Below are positions 14,515-26,899 of a stretch of 64,000 nt of DNA, in pieces. Location: assembly GCF_001194135.2 (NCBI RefSeq), contig NC_068983.1:25574704-25638703 (forward strand). Reading direction: 5' to 3'. This DNA comes from Octopus bimaculoides. Lineage: Eukaryota. The position numbers and the translations under genes are program-made. Position 1 is the stretch's first letter; each line of letters opens with the position of its first letter. The notes under the pieces are model-generated. The model was not told the DNA's origin, searched no databases, and saw only the letters and a program-made list of their open reading frames with translations.

Positions 14515-14700
14515 AGATTTCACGAAAAAACAACAGACGAAGACAGGTGGTGTAAACAACAAATGGATGTATTAGTATAAGGCTCGGTAATAGAGAAGGT
14601 CTTTAATGTTTCGAGCCTACGCTCTTCAACAGAAAGGAACACAGAAAGAAACAAGGGGAGAAAGAAATATGTGTAGTGGTCAGCGATCTATCATATCAGT
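14512..14700 (-). mobile_element. Penelope-like terminal-repeat fragment carrying a hammerhead-like motif
   Basis: Adjacent to (TA)n. Minus strand of 14601-14636 reads cttt-CTGTTGA-a-GAGC-gtag-GCTC-GAAAC-att-aaag (stem I cttt/aaag, stem II GAGC/GCTC). Family assignment is an inference from this motif. Confidence 0.45.
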
Positions 14701-15362
14701 TGTGTGTGTATATGTGTGTGATGTGTAGTGTGTACGTGTGCATGTGTTGGTTATGTCTGTGCTTGTCTTCCACTACAACTTGGCAACCGGTGTTGGTGTG
14801 TTTCATCACTGCAACTTAGGGTTCAGCCAAAAGAGACCCGATAGAATAAGTAACTGGCTTTAAAAATCATGAACACTGGGGTCGATTCATTCGACCAAAA
14901 ATTTCCTCAAAACGGTTCCCGATGATTACAACAAGTAGAAGATACAAGTTAATAAATATCTATTTTTAAAAAATACTATGAGATTTAGAAAACATACTTA
15001 TGAGATAATATTATTTTTTATTTTATCATTAATATTTGATTTTAGTTTATTTATATTATTCTATTTTATTCGTATATTCTTATATGCACTCCATATATGG
15101 TAATTCTAGTATTTGTAAGAAGTGCGATCAGCCAAATAGATTTATTGGCTGTGATTCACCGTCACCGGACTCCGCTAGGATCAACGGAACATCTACACAC
15201 TATGGACTTATACAACGTTAGGACTTAACACTTCCCACTTATAACAGCTTCCAATTTTCTTATGTTTCTCATTCTCATTTCCTCTACAATTCTCCTCCTT
15301 ATCTCTCTCTCTCACTCTCTCTCTCTCTCATTCACTCTCTCTCTCTCTCTATCTCTCTCTCT

Positions 15363-15400
<38 letters not shown>

Positions 15401-15722
15401 NNNNNNNNNNNNNNNNNNNNNNNNNNNNNNNNNNNNNNNNNNNNNNNNNNNNNNNNNNNNNNNNNNNNNNNNNNNNNNNNNNNNNNNNNNNNNNNNNNNN
15501 NNNNNNNNNNNNNNNNNNNNNNNNNNNNNNNNNNNNNNNNNNNNNNNNNNNNNNNNNNNNNNNNNNNNNNNNNNNNNNNNNNNNNNNNNNNNNNNNNNNN
15601 NNNNNNNNNNNNNNNNNNNNNNNNNNNNNNNNNNNNNNNNNNNNNNNNNNNNNNNNNNNNNNNNNNNNNNNNNNNNNNNNNNNNNNNNNNNNNNNNNNNN
15701 NNNNNNNNNNNNNNNNNNNNNN

Positions 15723-15768
<46 letters not shown>

Positions 15769-16444
15769 GGTAGATATATATGTATGTATGCATATATGTA
15801 TGTATACAACTGGTGATATAGACATGTCTATAATTAGATCTCCGTCTTACAAATATCTTGGCAGCATGTTCAATTGAGATGCAAATCATGATGACGAACT
15901 TGCAAATAAAATTCAGATCTCATGGACATTTGTTGGAAATTTACAGTTTATATTATGATTCCATAGTTTATCATATCTCTAACACGGACAATTCAGAATA
16001 TGTTAAACATCTGCAGCATTTTTGAAGAGAACTGCTTTCCGACTATTTTGCATATGACTTGTAACCATATGAACGGTGCTGAAACTTTGAAGTCAGCGCA
16101 TTTACGCGTAAAAACTCTCTTGTTAAATAGCAGCCAGCGGTAGTGAAGACGCGTATTCCGTATGAATGATGAAGGAATCCTAAATCACCTATTTAATGTA
16201 TCACTAAGCTCAGGAACAGAATTTATGATATAAAAATATATGTTGTGAAAAACTTGGTAAAAAATGGAATTGTAANNNNNNNNNNNNNNNNNNNNNNNNN
16301 NNNNNNNNNNNNNNNNNNNNNNNNNNNNNNNNNNNNNNNNNNNNNNNNNNNNNNNNNNNNNNNNNNNNNNNNNNNNNNNNNNNNNNNNNNNNNNNNNNNN
16401 NNNNNNNNNNNNNNNNNNNNNNNNNNNNNNNNNNNNNNNNNTAT

Positions 16445-16666
16445 ATACTCTTTTACTCTTTATTCTTTTACTTGTTTCAGTCATTTGACTTTGGCCATGA
16501 TGGAGTACCGCCTTTAGTCGAGCAAATCGACCCCAGGACTTATTCTTTGTAAACCTAGTACGTATACAATCGGCTCCCTTTTGCCGAACCGCTAAGTTAA
16601 GGGGACCTAAACAAACCAGCACCGGTTGTTAAGCGTTGTTGGGGGGGGACAAACACAAACACAAAC

Positions 16667-16741
<75 letters not shown>

Positions 16742-16901
16742 TATATATATACATATATACGACGGGCTTCTTTCTGTTTCCGTCTACCAAATCCACTCAA
16801 AAGGCTTTGGTTGGCCCGAGGCTATAGTAGAAGACACTTGCCCAAGGTGCCACGTAGTGGGACTGCACCCGGAACCATGTGGTTCGTAAGCAAGCTACTT
16901 A
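16445..16901 (-). mobile_element. tRNA-derived SINE (family A) with internal (AT)n/(GT)n microsatellite, near full length
   Basis: Minus-strand head gtaagtagcttgcttacgaaccacatggttccgggtgcagtcccactacgtggcaccttgggcaagtgtcttctactatagcc, central microsatellite, tail ...ggggtcgatttgctcgactaaaggcggtactcc...gaaacaagtaaaaga. Shares long blocks with 37320-37712 and 39870-40332. Confidence 0.85.
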
Positions 16902-17044
16902 CATATATATTTGCTCACACTGGTAATTGTCGTAATGAAGGAATTACATCGTAGTTCGAGCAGAAGTAAACTGGGCTAAAGTTCATCGCTTTAGAAATAA
17001 TTAATAAATAGTGATTGTAATCATAATGAACCTATTATTTTATG

Positions 17045-17089
<45 letters not shown>

Positions 17090-17092
17090 ATG

Positions 17093-17140
<48 letters not shown>

Positions 17141-17309
17141 TAAGTGTATGCATATATCCATATATATATATGCATATGTGTATGTATGTATGCATTTATT
17201 TATGTATATGTGTATATACGTGTATAGACCTGTATTTGTCCACAAGTCTGTTTTTGCTTGTACTATTGTTAATTATAGGCGCAGGAGTGGCTGTGTGGTA
17301 AGTAGCTGC

Positions 17310-18960
17310 ATCAATTTATATATTTCCCAAATCCCCAAGTACTTATAGCCCAACTCTTCTATCTGCTTCATAACCTCCCCGACAGTATCGTTAACATGTC
17401 CATACACTTGATTTTGCCTCTTTTTTCAAGACTAACACACAACACTTTGTCAGTTCAAACTCCATTCTGATATCAGCACTGAAGATATACACCGTATCAA
17501 CGTGGGAAGTGACTTGAGCTTCATCTTTACCATAAAGTTTGAGGTCATCCATGAATAACAAAAGGTTGACTTTTTTGTTGGCGGCTTTTGAATACATAGC
17601 TTTTGCTTTCCTCAGAATCAGTGTTAGCGGTATCAAGCACAGCACAAAGATCAATGGGGACAAGCAGTCCCCTTGGAAGATGCCACTCCTGATTTCTATT
17701 GTCCCTAAACTTCTTCTGTATGCTGTCAGGTCCGTTCTCCACCAACAATCGATGCAATACCAAATAGGTTCCTACAGTCCATAATCCAAGAATGTGGGAT
17801 CATATCGTACACCTCACGACTGTCGATCCATGACATGGCTAAGTTACTTTTCCTCCTTTTGCAGTCACTGAGTACAGTTTTGTCTATCAGGAGTTGATCC
17901 TTGGTACCTCTGCACTTACGCTTGCAAAACTTCTGCTCATATGGCAGGGTTCTATTTTGTTCCAGATGTTCGTACGTTGAATCTGTGAGTATTCCAGTCA
18001 ATAACTTCCCCATAAATGGTAAACAGGATATTGGTCTGTAATTGTCTACGTATTTCCTTTTTCGATGGTTTTCAAGCACAACACTGTCCAACCCAATGTC
18101 AACCATTCTGGTGTTACTTGGTCGGCATTTAACAAGGTGTTGAGTTGTGCAGCTATTTGCGCATGACATTCACCAAATGTCTTGATCCAGTAGCCTTGAA
18201 GTACACCCGGTCCCCGGGCCTTCCAGTTGCTCAGTTTTTGCTGATTACCTTCACTTCCTTAACTGAAAAGACTAGTTCTACCTGTTTTGGACAGACTATT
18301 GTTTGTTTCAGTTCTTGAAACCATTCAGCATCCTTCTTGTGCTCCTTGTCTTTGCTCCAGATGTCACTCAAAACTTTTGACTTTCAGTGTTATCTGGTAG
18401 CAACTTTTCATCTGTATACTATTTCTTTATAGAATCACTTCTGATCTACTCTGAATAACCTATTCAGGTGCTAACCCTTAATTCTTTGATCGTATCTTAC
18501 CATCTTTGCCTTTTTTGCAACGAACGCTGTTCCAGTTCGTCCATTGCCACTTTCAGGCCATTTCTTTCAATATTATACTTCCTTTTGAGCGTCCTGTATT
18601 TTTGTTCGCTTTTAAGCTCCCCTTTCTCTTTTCGGTCTAGCACAGCGATTTCCTTTTCGAGAGCATGTCTAACCCTGCCTGTATTTTTCTTTTTCACCAT
18701 GGATCTTTTCTTTTGTCACTCCCATTATATTTCTTTTTCTTTATATCAACACCCACGTTTTCTGCTACAGCAACACTTGCTGCTTTCATCAAATTATTTG
18801 TTGAATTGCTTCTTTTGAAGGCAGCGCTCACAGTGGTCACTGGTAGTAGTAAACACACTTGACCTCTGCTGACACAAAGTGTGCGAAGATTCTTTTGTCT
18901 CTATGGCTGACCACCCCACCATCTACCGAATGTATTTATAGACCTCTAGAATATGATCTA
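17310..18960 (-). mobile_element. R4/Dong-clade non-LTR retrotransposon, degenerate RT fragment
   Basis: ORF pieces [19 protein letters not shown]...[22 protein letters not shown]...[40 protein letters not shown] (FMDD RT motif), GYKYLGI, and upstream DPW*KRKIQ. Frameshifts and stops are present. Confidence 0.85.
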
Positions 18961-19364
18961 TTCATTAAGCTGCTACCCAGCTATTTCCTTCGACAAGCAC
19001 ATATTTATGATTATCTGAAGTACAAGACAAAGGCTGAAATAAAGAACATTTAGTAAAATCTTTTAATAATAAATGGAAATAGTAATAATGATAATAACAA
19101 TGGTAGTGGTGGTTATGGTGATAATGATAACAATAAAAATAATAACAATAGGCTTCAGCTGCTAATACTACAAATACTACTATTATGATAGCACAGGAAT
19201 CTGAGGCCCAACTACCACCCTTACCACTACTCCCACCCCTGCTACTGTTGCTGTTGCGGCAACCATTGCTGCTACTGCACATGAAAACAATAATATCAGT
19301 AATATCAGTGATAGTAACAATAATAGTAGTAGTAGTAATAATAATAATAATAATAACATAACAA

Positions 19365-19572
19365 AAACACCAGGACTTACAAATATATATGACATACAGA
19401 AAATTGCACTACTGGGCACTGCACACATCCTACGCAAAACACTTTCAATACAGTAACCATAAGAGCATCACTGCAAACCACAGCACATACCCAAGGCGCA
19501 CAGAGCTACGCTCGGTAGTGAAGTGAAAGCACGTTATAAAAATAAAACTACTGAACAATAATAATAATAATA
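19365..19572 (+). mobile_element. Short 3' end of an R4/Dong-like LINE embedded in (TAA)n
   Basis: Reads GLTNIYDIQKIALLGTAHILRKTLSIQ* (stop at 19454-19456), a typical R4-type endonuclease-domain C-terminus, then a short 3'UTR ending in aataataataataa. Preceded by a (TAA)n tract. Confidence 0.7.
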
Positions 19573-20288
19573 AAATGAAAGGAAACGGAAGAAGCTCCCC
19601 TATGGGCTAATTAATGATACATCTATTGATGGTGTCACAATAAAAACACTGGTAATTGCGCAACCTGATAGTCGCTATCTCATATGAGTGACAATGAAAA
19701 AGCAGAATATTGTGCCTAACGGTGGTAACGAAACTGGAGCCAATGATGGCGACTCTCCACCCCACGTGTCTCATCCATTCTGTCTCAATAGACAAAAGAA
19801 TAGCGGACGACAATAAATAATAATGATATTAGCAACAATCCTTTCTACTAGAAGCACAAGGCCTGAAATGTTAGGGATGGTTTTGTTGATTACATTGACC
19901 CCAGCACTGGGCCAGTATTTTATTTTATCGACTCTGAAAGGTTAAAAGGCAAAGTTGATATCGACAGGATTTGATTTTAGACTGTAAAACATTTGAAGAA
20001 ATGAGGGGAAAGATTTAGTCACCGGAAGCCAGAAGCTTAGACAGGAACTTTTAGTCGAGGAATTCTACACAGTTGCTGAAATAGTACTTTAATCTATTCA
20101 CCCCGTATAAGGAAAAATAAAACTTGATCTCAAAGAATTTAAAATTAAGACTTAAAAATCTGAAACTCGGATATTACCGACATAAACACAAAAAAGTAAT
20201 ATTGCTATTTCTTATACCAGTAGTGTTAATATATGTAGCAGAACTTGTAGTAGCAGAAAGAGTAGAAATGGTGTTGTTATCAACTTAC

Positions 20289-20824
20289 CTATGAGTGGCA
20301 CGAACTCCGAGGTGGCCGGCATATTCTCTGCTATTAGCAACATAAATACAGAGAATGCCAGTAAGACCGTTATTCCAAGTGTGATTTTTTCTCCCGAATC
20401 TGGTGGCAACCAAAATCCCAGTAGGCTAAGTATGGTTAGCCATAAGCAAGGGAATATTATATTAAACAAGTAGTACAGTGTACGTCGACGTATTACAATG
20501 GTGAAGGTTACGTCTGGGTAATGTTCTTTGCAGCAAGTGTATCGAACTTCATTTCTGATTACCTTTATATTCAATAAATCCCATTCACCGCTGTATACAT
20601 AGTTTGTAAGATCGACGTCTGCTGAACGGTTCGTTACGTCAACTTGGAATCCGTCATATATCCACGAACCAAATTTCATTTTACACATTTGATCATCGAA
20701 AGGGAAATATGTGATATCAATTTTACATGAACTTCTTAATTTCGCCGGTGGAGGCCAAAACACTGTTCCATCGCTTGAGACCATTGCTTTGCTCTGCATG
20801 TATCCAGTTGTAAAGTCATCGGCA
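20289..20824 (-). CDS. Internal coding exon of a nicotinic acetylcholine receptor alpha subunit (alpha7/alpha9/alpha10-like, Cys-loop ligand-gated cation channel)
   Basis: Minus-strand acceptor ...ttttattttccag|T GCC GAT GAC (AG at 20825-20826) and donor ATA G|GTAAGT (GT at 20287-20288). Length 536 = 1+178 codons+1. Translation ADDFTTGYMQSKAMV...C-KIDITYFPFDDQM-C (13-residue Cys-loop), FGSWIYDG (loop B Trp), YTCCKEHYPD (loop C vicinal Cys), M1 YYLFNIIFPCLWLTILSLLGFWL, PPDSGEKITLGITVLLAFSVFMLLIAE (M2), MPATSEFVPLIG. The ORF-track extension KLITTPF... past 20289 is intron read-through. Confidence 0.95.
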
Positions 20825-23099
20825 CTGGAAAATAAAACAGAAAAACAAAATTATTATGTTAGCAACGTAATAATCATGTTCACCATGATCGTCATAAGTC
20901 TTATTCATTCCAATAAAATTTGCTCAAGTATGGGCATGTATTTATGCAATTGTCACCATTCCTTTCTTAAAAGCATGTGCACTGGCTTCACCAAGACAGA
21001 AATACAAAAGGAGCCTGAGAGGAATTCCACATTTGTGATCTTTCATTTGATAGAGTATGTTGCCTCACGAATGATATTTCAAATCTTAATGTATTATTAC
21101 ACACACACACACATACATGCACATACACATGTATAATACGCTGAAAACATAAATACCATCTTATAAATAGTATATATATCTGTAAATGTGTATAGACTAC
21201 AAAAAATACAGTAGAAATATTAAATTTAATCAATGAAGCATAATAATAAAATTCTATGTTTTTGCTTATACTCTGTATAAATACAATAGGTTGAATGAAG
21301 TTTATTTCCAGTGTTTCTAAGTTTGTTACTAAAGTTTGTATGTTTGCCAAACAGATGTTCAGGGAATAGATGCGCACCTGGGTTGCGGTTGTTTGCCAAA
21401 ATCCTCACGTAATGGACTAGAGTTGTTACAGTAAAACAAACAAAAAAAGTTCTTTTTTTTTGCTTTTGATTATTTTATTCTCTGTTGATCATTTATAATT
21501 CAACTTTACTTTAAAAGTTTTTCTATCGTGATAATGTTTTCTCTCATGATAAATATTTTATTAGAACAAAAATAGTTTTCAAAACATATTTTGATAAAAT
21601 ACACGTTAGTACGTTTAATATTCTCAAAATTATTTATTTCTAACTATTCTTTCCTTACAGTCGTCGCAGCAGTATGATTTTTCATAATCATATCGATCAT
21701 GCCGTGAATGATAGCGTGAATTGATACAAATACAGCGCTATTAATATTGAATAATCTCAGGTCAATTGTGATTGAGCAGACATATCACCAAAGCCTTCCC
21801 AGATAAGAACATACTATATTATTTTATATCTACATTATCAAACATGGCCTTTCTTTTTCAAGTCGGAGTATGTGATGTAAGGAAGGTTTCGCTCATATCG
21901 TAGCCTTGCTTGCTCGATGCAATTAGTAGTGTGAGAACAGATACTGATCATTACCTGCAGACTTAGTACACAGCAAAAGCCTACTTCTAACATAAAAAGC
22001 TTTAAGATGGTCAATGACAATTTTCTGACACTCTAACATATATCAGGAACGGCCCTGGAATATTACATGAATTTAATCCGGAACAAAATGCTAAGAATTT
22101 CTAGATAATCACACTAGTTACTGGTTAATTGTACATTATTTTCGTTTTATATAACAGGAGCCCAACAAAGAGAAAGACAACAGAATAAGTATATAAAACT
22201 TAGAGGAAGCATGCTCATTATTATCTAATCGAAGCAAGGCAGCGAACCGGCAGAATCGTTAACACTCCAGGCAAAATGCTTAGCGTTATTTCAACCGCTG
22301 TCTCTACGTTTTGAGTTCGACAACGCTTTACATCTTTTCGAGTTCGAGAAAATAAGAAGCAGTTGAGAACTGAGGTGAATGTAATCGAATTACTCCTTTT
22401 ACGAAATTACAGGCTTTGTATCAAAATTTGAAACCATTATTTATCAGAAGTCGATAGTTTGATTTTAAGGTTTTATACATTCATTACTTATTTATCAAAC
22501 GAATGAGATCAATAAGGTGGTTTGTTATTCTACAGGTTGATAAAGGTAGGAAAATCATTGTATCAAGAAGACAAACATGAAAGACCCCATCAATAAATCG
22601 TTTTACCATTTATCGACACACTAGATAAAATAGCACCCAGTTACGTTCCATTCGCGCCCTAGATTATTCAAATAAGGCAAAAGATACTGTAGTGCTTGAT
22701 AGCACTAAATGGCAGGATTATTAGGACGTCAGCACCTTTCTACAGGGGTTTGTTCAAGCAGATTTAAGCAAACATACATTGATAATAAAGAGCACAACTT
22801 GCTCTGGGATCCAGTTTCAGGTAGTTGTAACATGAGTAGAAAGAAGTAAAGTGCTTGTTCAAGGAACGGAAAACTAGATATGTAGGCAATGTGGAAATGA
22901 AATACAATTGAATCCGTTATTCGTTTACAATTGAATCGGTAATGTGGCTAAAAGTTGTAACATTGAAAAAGTAGCTGTTGAATATCTAGTGTATGTTGTG
23001 TTGGTGTCTGTACGTGGACTAGAATTCACTTGAGTGTATACGATTTTCTAGACCCCTAGGCTATATATAGATGTTGCAGACATAAGAAAAGATGAAGGT

Positions 23100-24160
23100 G
23101 AGAGTTTAGTACTAAAGCAGTTTTTAGTCCTGAAGGCAACGATAAACTGGTATTCATGCTCGTCGGTTAGCGTAATAAAATTTAGTCCGGTGGAACATAC
23201 AAACAACCGATGAATGTAGATGTGGAGAGAAAGCGACGATGAGACGTGTTCTGTCAAACTGCAAACTAGCACTAGACAGATATACATGGCGTCACAATCA
23301 AGTCCTCGGCGTCATAAGCGCAGCACTCAAGGAGAAGATCGAGGGATATAATAGGGGATAGTACCCAAATGTGGAAAAAGCGCGGAAAATATACTTCCAG
23401 AAGGAGGGAAAAGGGCATAAGGCCAGGCCTTCAAATAAAATATGTGAGACAGACGAAAGATGGAAGGGATACTGGGAGCTGGCCACGGATTTGGAATGAC
23501 TGTTAATATTTCCATTCATAAAAAAAAAAACGACAAAAAGACCGAACTTAATCCTATGGAACACAGAACGGAAAATTGGAATTTTGCTGGAGCTGGAAGT
23601 GCTATGGGAAGAGAACATCGCTAATGCAGAGCAACGTAAGGAGAAGAGGTACGAAAAATTAATCGAAGATTGCAGAGAACAGGGATGGACTGACGATTAT
23701 TTCCACCTGGCAGTGGGGGCAAGAGGCTTCATTGAAAGGAAAATGACAACGTTATTCAAAAGAAGGTTTGCATTTTCAAGCTCAGAGCTGAGAAAAGTAA
23801 TAAAGAGGATACAGGAGGCAGTCGAAAAAGCTAGCTTGAAAGCCATTACATGGCGACTGGGAAATAACGTCGCTAGGTGAGACTGGCTGATACTTAAGCA
23901 GCATCACTGATTGACACGTAGCGCTCTCGTTCATGGCACCCCCTCCTTGTTCGAAGGCTTGTACCACCACCAAACAGCTAGTCGGCTCTGGGTGCTGGGA
24001 CTGAAACTAACACGACACTGCTGGAAGGCAGGTCTAGAGAGAGCGCGAGTCTTCCTTCCATTGGTCAGTTGAAGTTTAGACAGTCCCCTAACAAATAGCT
24101 GGTGCTGGCTGCTGGAGCCTACGAGCGAGTATTTAAAGGGAAATTTGGCAGGATGGTTAG
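23100..24160 (+). mobile_element. HERO-like (R2-superfamily, restriction-like endonuclease) non-LTR retrotransposon, 3' fragment
   Basis: NLVRWNIQTTDECRCGEKATMRRVLSNCKLALDRYTWRHNQVL (CCHC knuckle with H mutated, RHN motif), then TKRPNLILWNTERKIGILLELEVLWEENIANAEQRKEKRYEKL...VGARGF (PD-D/E-xK-type endonuclease region), stop near 23880, then 3'UTR. Confidence 0.8.
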
Positions 24161-24162
24161 TC

Positions 24163-24285
24163 GCTCCTTAGTATTTCAAGATATTTTTATGTAATTTTGG
24201 TAAATATATGTTAAAATGAGATGTCAGTGTTATTTTCACTTTTGCGTAATTTAGACGACAGTTTATTCCTCGCACCCATTTCACA
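24163..24285 (+). mobile_element. Isolated right end of the same maT family
   Basis: ctccttagtatttcaagatatttttatgtaattttggtaaatatatgttaaaatgagatgtcagtgttattttcac...aatttagacgacagtttattc aligns with 27656-27770. Confidence 0.8.
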
Positions 24286-25789
24286 TAACTCTGTATGGTA
24301 AGTTTTGTTGTATTAATTTGTCAATCTCTTCATCAGCATCGAGTCACATAACTACGCTGTCTTTTATATACTCTTAATACGTTCTAATTAAGTGAAACGA
24401 ATCAGAAATTGAAGTATTATTGCTTTCATAAATTTATTTTGTACCATTATCTTTTTTTTAACTTTTTAAATCGAACCAAATGACAAGGAGGGCGCATATT
24501 ACCATTGTTCTCACTTCAAAAGCGCTTAATGGAGAATTAAGTTTTAGCATTACTTTAATAATGATATAATGGATATTCATTATTTAAAAGATGTCAAATT
24601 TATCATTCCTGTACTAAGAAATTCCGAATTTTAAACGTCCCAAAACCGTATGATGTTTGAAATCGGGGAATAAATGAAGTTTTATTATTGATCCTGGCTC
24701 CTGTATTTGTATTTTAAAAAGACTTTTAAATGTTTGTTTTTTAAATCGGATATCGAATAGAGTGTGAAACATGTAAGTACAAGTTGCCTATTGGAAAATA
24801 TGTGTGTGAATCCATTGAATTTAGATATAAATTTGTCTAGTTTTAAAGCAAAAATTGACACTATAATATATTTTCCAAACTTGCGTGTTATTTTAGGTGT
24901 TTGATGAGTATATGTAGACCTACCGGCGATATCTTCAATAACGTATATTGCCTGCATACATCAACATATATCAATATATTTTGTTAACGCAAATGTTAAC
25001 TGCAAGCGAACATCTAGAAAAGAGAAGTTGCAACCTTCCAAGAAAATAAGCAAACGATCACATGTATTGATATATCATCGACATATGTAATATATTTCAT
25101 AATGTCTATGTAAAATGATATAAATTGTAGTGTCTAAAGTATTGACTTCATCAAATAAAATAATATTATTGACTGAAAAATCTCCAATGATAATTTGTGT
25201 CAATTACATAGATATTGATTGATTTAATGTGCAAAGCCGATGAGAAATCAAATAACCACAAGCTCATGATCGGGCGCTCAATCTGAAATAATGGACACAT
25301 TTGGAAAATAAAATATAACAATAAATTAGTAAAAAAATATTGATAATGATTGGTAATCAATGCACAGTATGCCATCACTTGAAGTAATTTCTATAGTAAA
25401 TTTCTCGCAACAGATATTTTATAGTAAACCAATAAGGTTTTCCTCTCTTCTTTTTCCCATTCTCTTTATCTCTATGCATTTATCAGCTACGTTTCCATTC
25501 AGTGAACGTCATTAATTTATGTAGATGGAGATAAGGAGGATTAGTAGTGAGGTGTGTGTAGTGGGGGAGGGAGGAAACATGCTCGAAAAATCACTCTTAA
25601 CTCCACCCGGAATTAAATTTCTGAATTCGACACTTACGCACCACTTAACTAATGAAAATCGTACAATTTAGAGGATTAAAATTCAAATGTCAAGCTGACG
25701 TTGAAGTTAGGAAGTTATAGTTCAAACGTATCCTGTACTTTTTTAGTATATGCAATCGTCTCGTAAAAAATACTTGGTAATAGTAGTAA

Positions 25790-26420
25790 TATTAATAATG
25801 TCAGTTCGAGGGCGTTCATCTCGCAAATACGTGGCTTCGGATTCAACCTCACTGAGTAGGTATTTGCGTAGGTTTTCTCCATTACAGTTCCGGTCTGAAA
25901 AACAATTTTCATTAAATTTGATTGCGTGAACAAGTACGGAAGCCCGTTGTATGTATGTATGTATGTATGTATGTATGTATGTATGTATGTATGTATATGT
26001 GTATGCGTATGTATGTATGTATGTATGTTGTTATTCAGTTCATTTCAAGATTTCTTGCCGAAAGAGAAAGAACCGGTTTCTAATCTAGATTAAAATCTCA
26101 TTCATTGGAATTTGAACATCAACAACAGGGTATATATGTATATGCAGATTTGTAAGTTTTACGTGGTATTCTCATGCATATAGTTGCATATGTAGATATG
26201 CTCATATATATTTAAATGATAAACTTCTGGAAAGTTTTACACATTTTTACAGTTCCAATGATGGATTGAATCTATAATGTTTGAATTTGTTTTCTCCTTT
26301 CTGGTTTTGAGAAGCCTAATTTATCAAGATTGGTATTTAGGCAGTGTATTACATACCCCAGAGCTCCATTTATTACAGGTATGAATCTGAACTTGTAATC
26401 TGGATAGAGTAACTTCAGAT
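25790..26420 (+). mobile_element. SINE-like dispersed repeat with internal (TATG)n
   Basis: Degenerate tRNA-like head (ttcggattcaacctcactg) followed by gaacaagtacggaagcccgttg(tatg)n and two blocks shared with 8500-8805. Confidence 0.6.
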
Positions 26421-26899
26421 TTCTCAATACATCACCGTATGTATTCTCTTATATCACATTGCGAAGATTAACTATTTAGAATCCAACAACAGAAATTAGC
26501 TGCAGCACAGTTGTATGCTTAAGTGTGTATTATATACCATACTTATACGCATCAATAGCAAGTACTTCTAATTGATTTGTTGGCGACAGTAGTTATTTGT
26601 TTGTGTATGTTTTTTGCTTATTGGATATTTAGAATGCATGTGTTAGTCTACTTGAGCGTTTGTATGCGTGTGCGCAAGCTTGTAGCGTGAGATAGTCTAC
26701 TTGAATACAACAATTGACAACAGCATTACAGGATTAGAACCATACAAAGATACAAACATCCTCCAATTAGCATCCTTTCCAATCAAAAATATGTAAGTAC
26801 CAACAAGGCAAGATAAAAAACAAAAGTAGCAATAACGAAATGATGTCATCATAACATGGTAATCTTTACAAATTTGTTCAAAATTATGTGGAATGAAAT

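Noticed and set aside
20212-20288. ORF tail KLITTPFLLFLLLQVLLHILTLLV looking like M3
   Set aside because: It starts at a strong GTAAGT donor at the conserved VPLIG boundary, has no M3 consensus and ends in a stop. It is intron read-through.
20289-20824. Octopus chemotactile receptor or anion-selective nAChR
   Set aside because: Vicinal cysteines, loop B Trp, loop C tyrosines and GEK at -1' are all retained.
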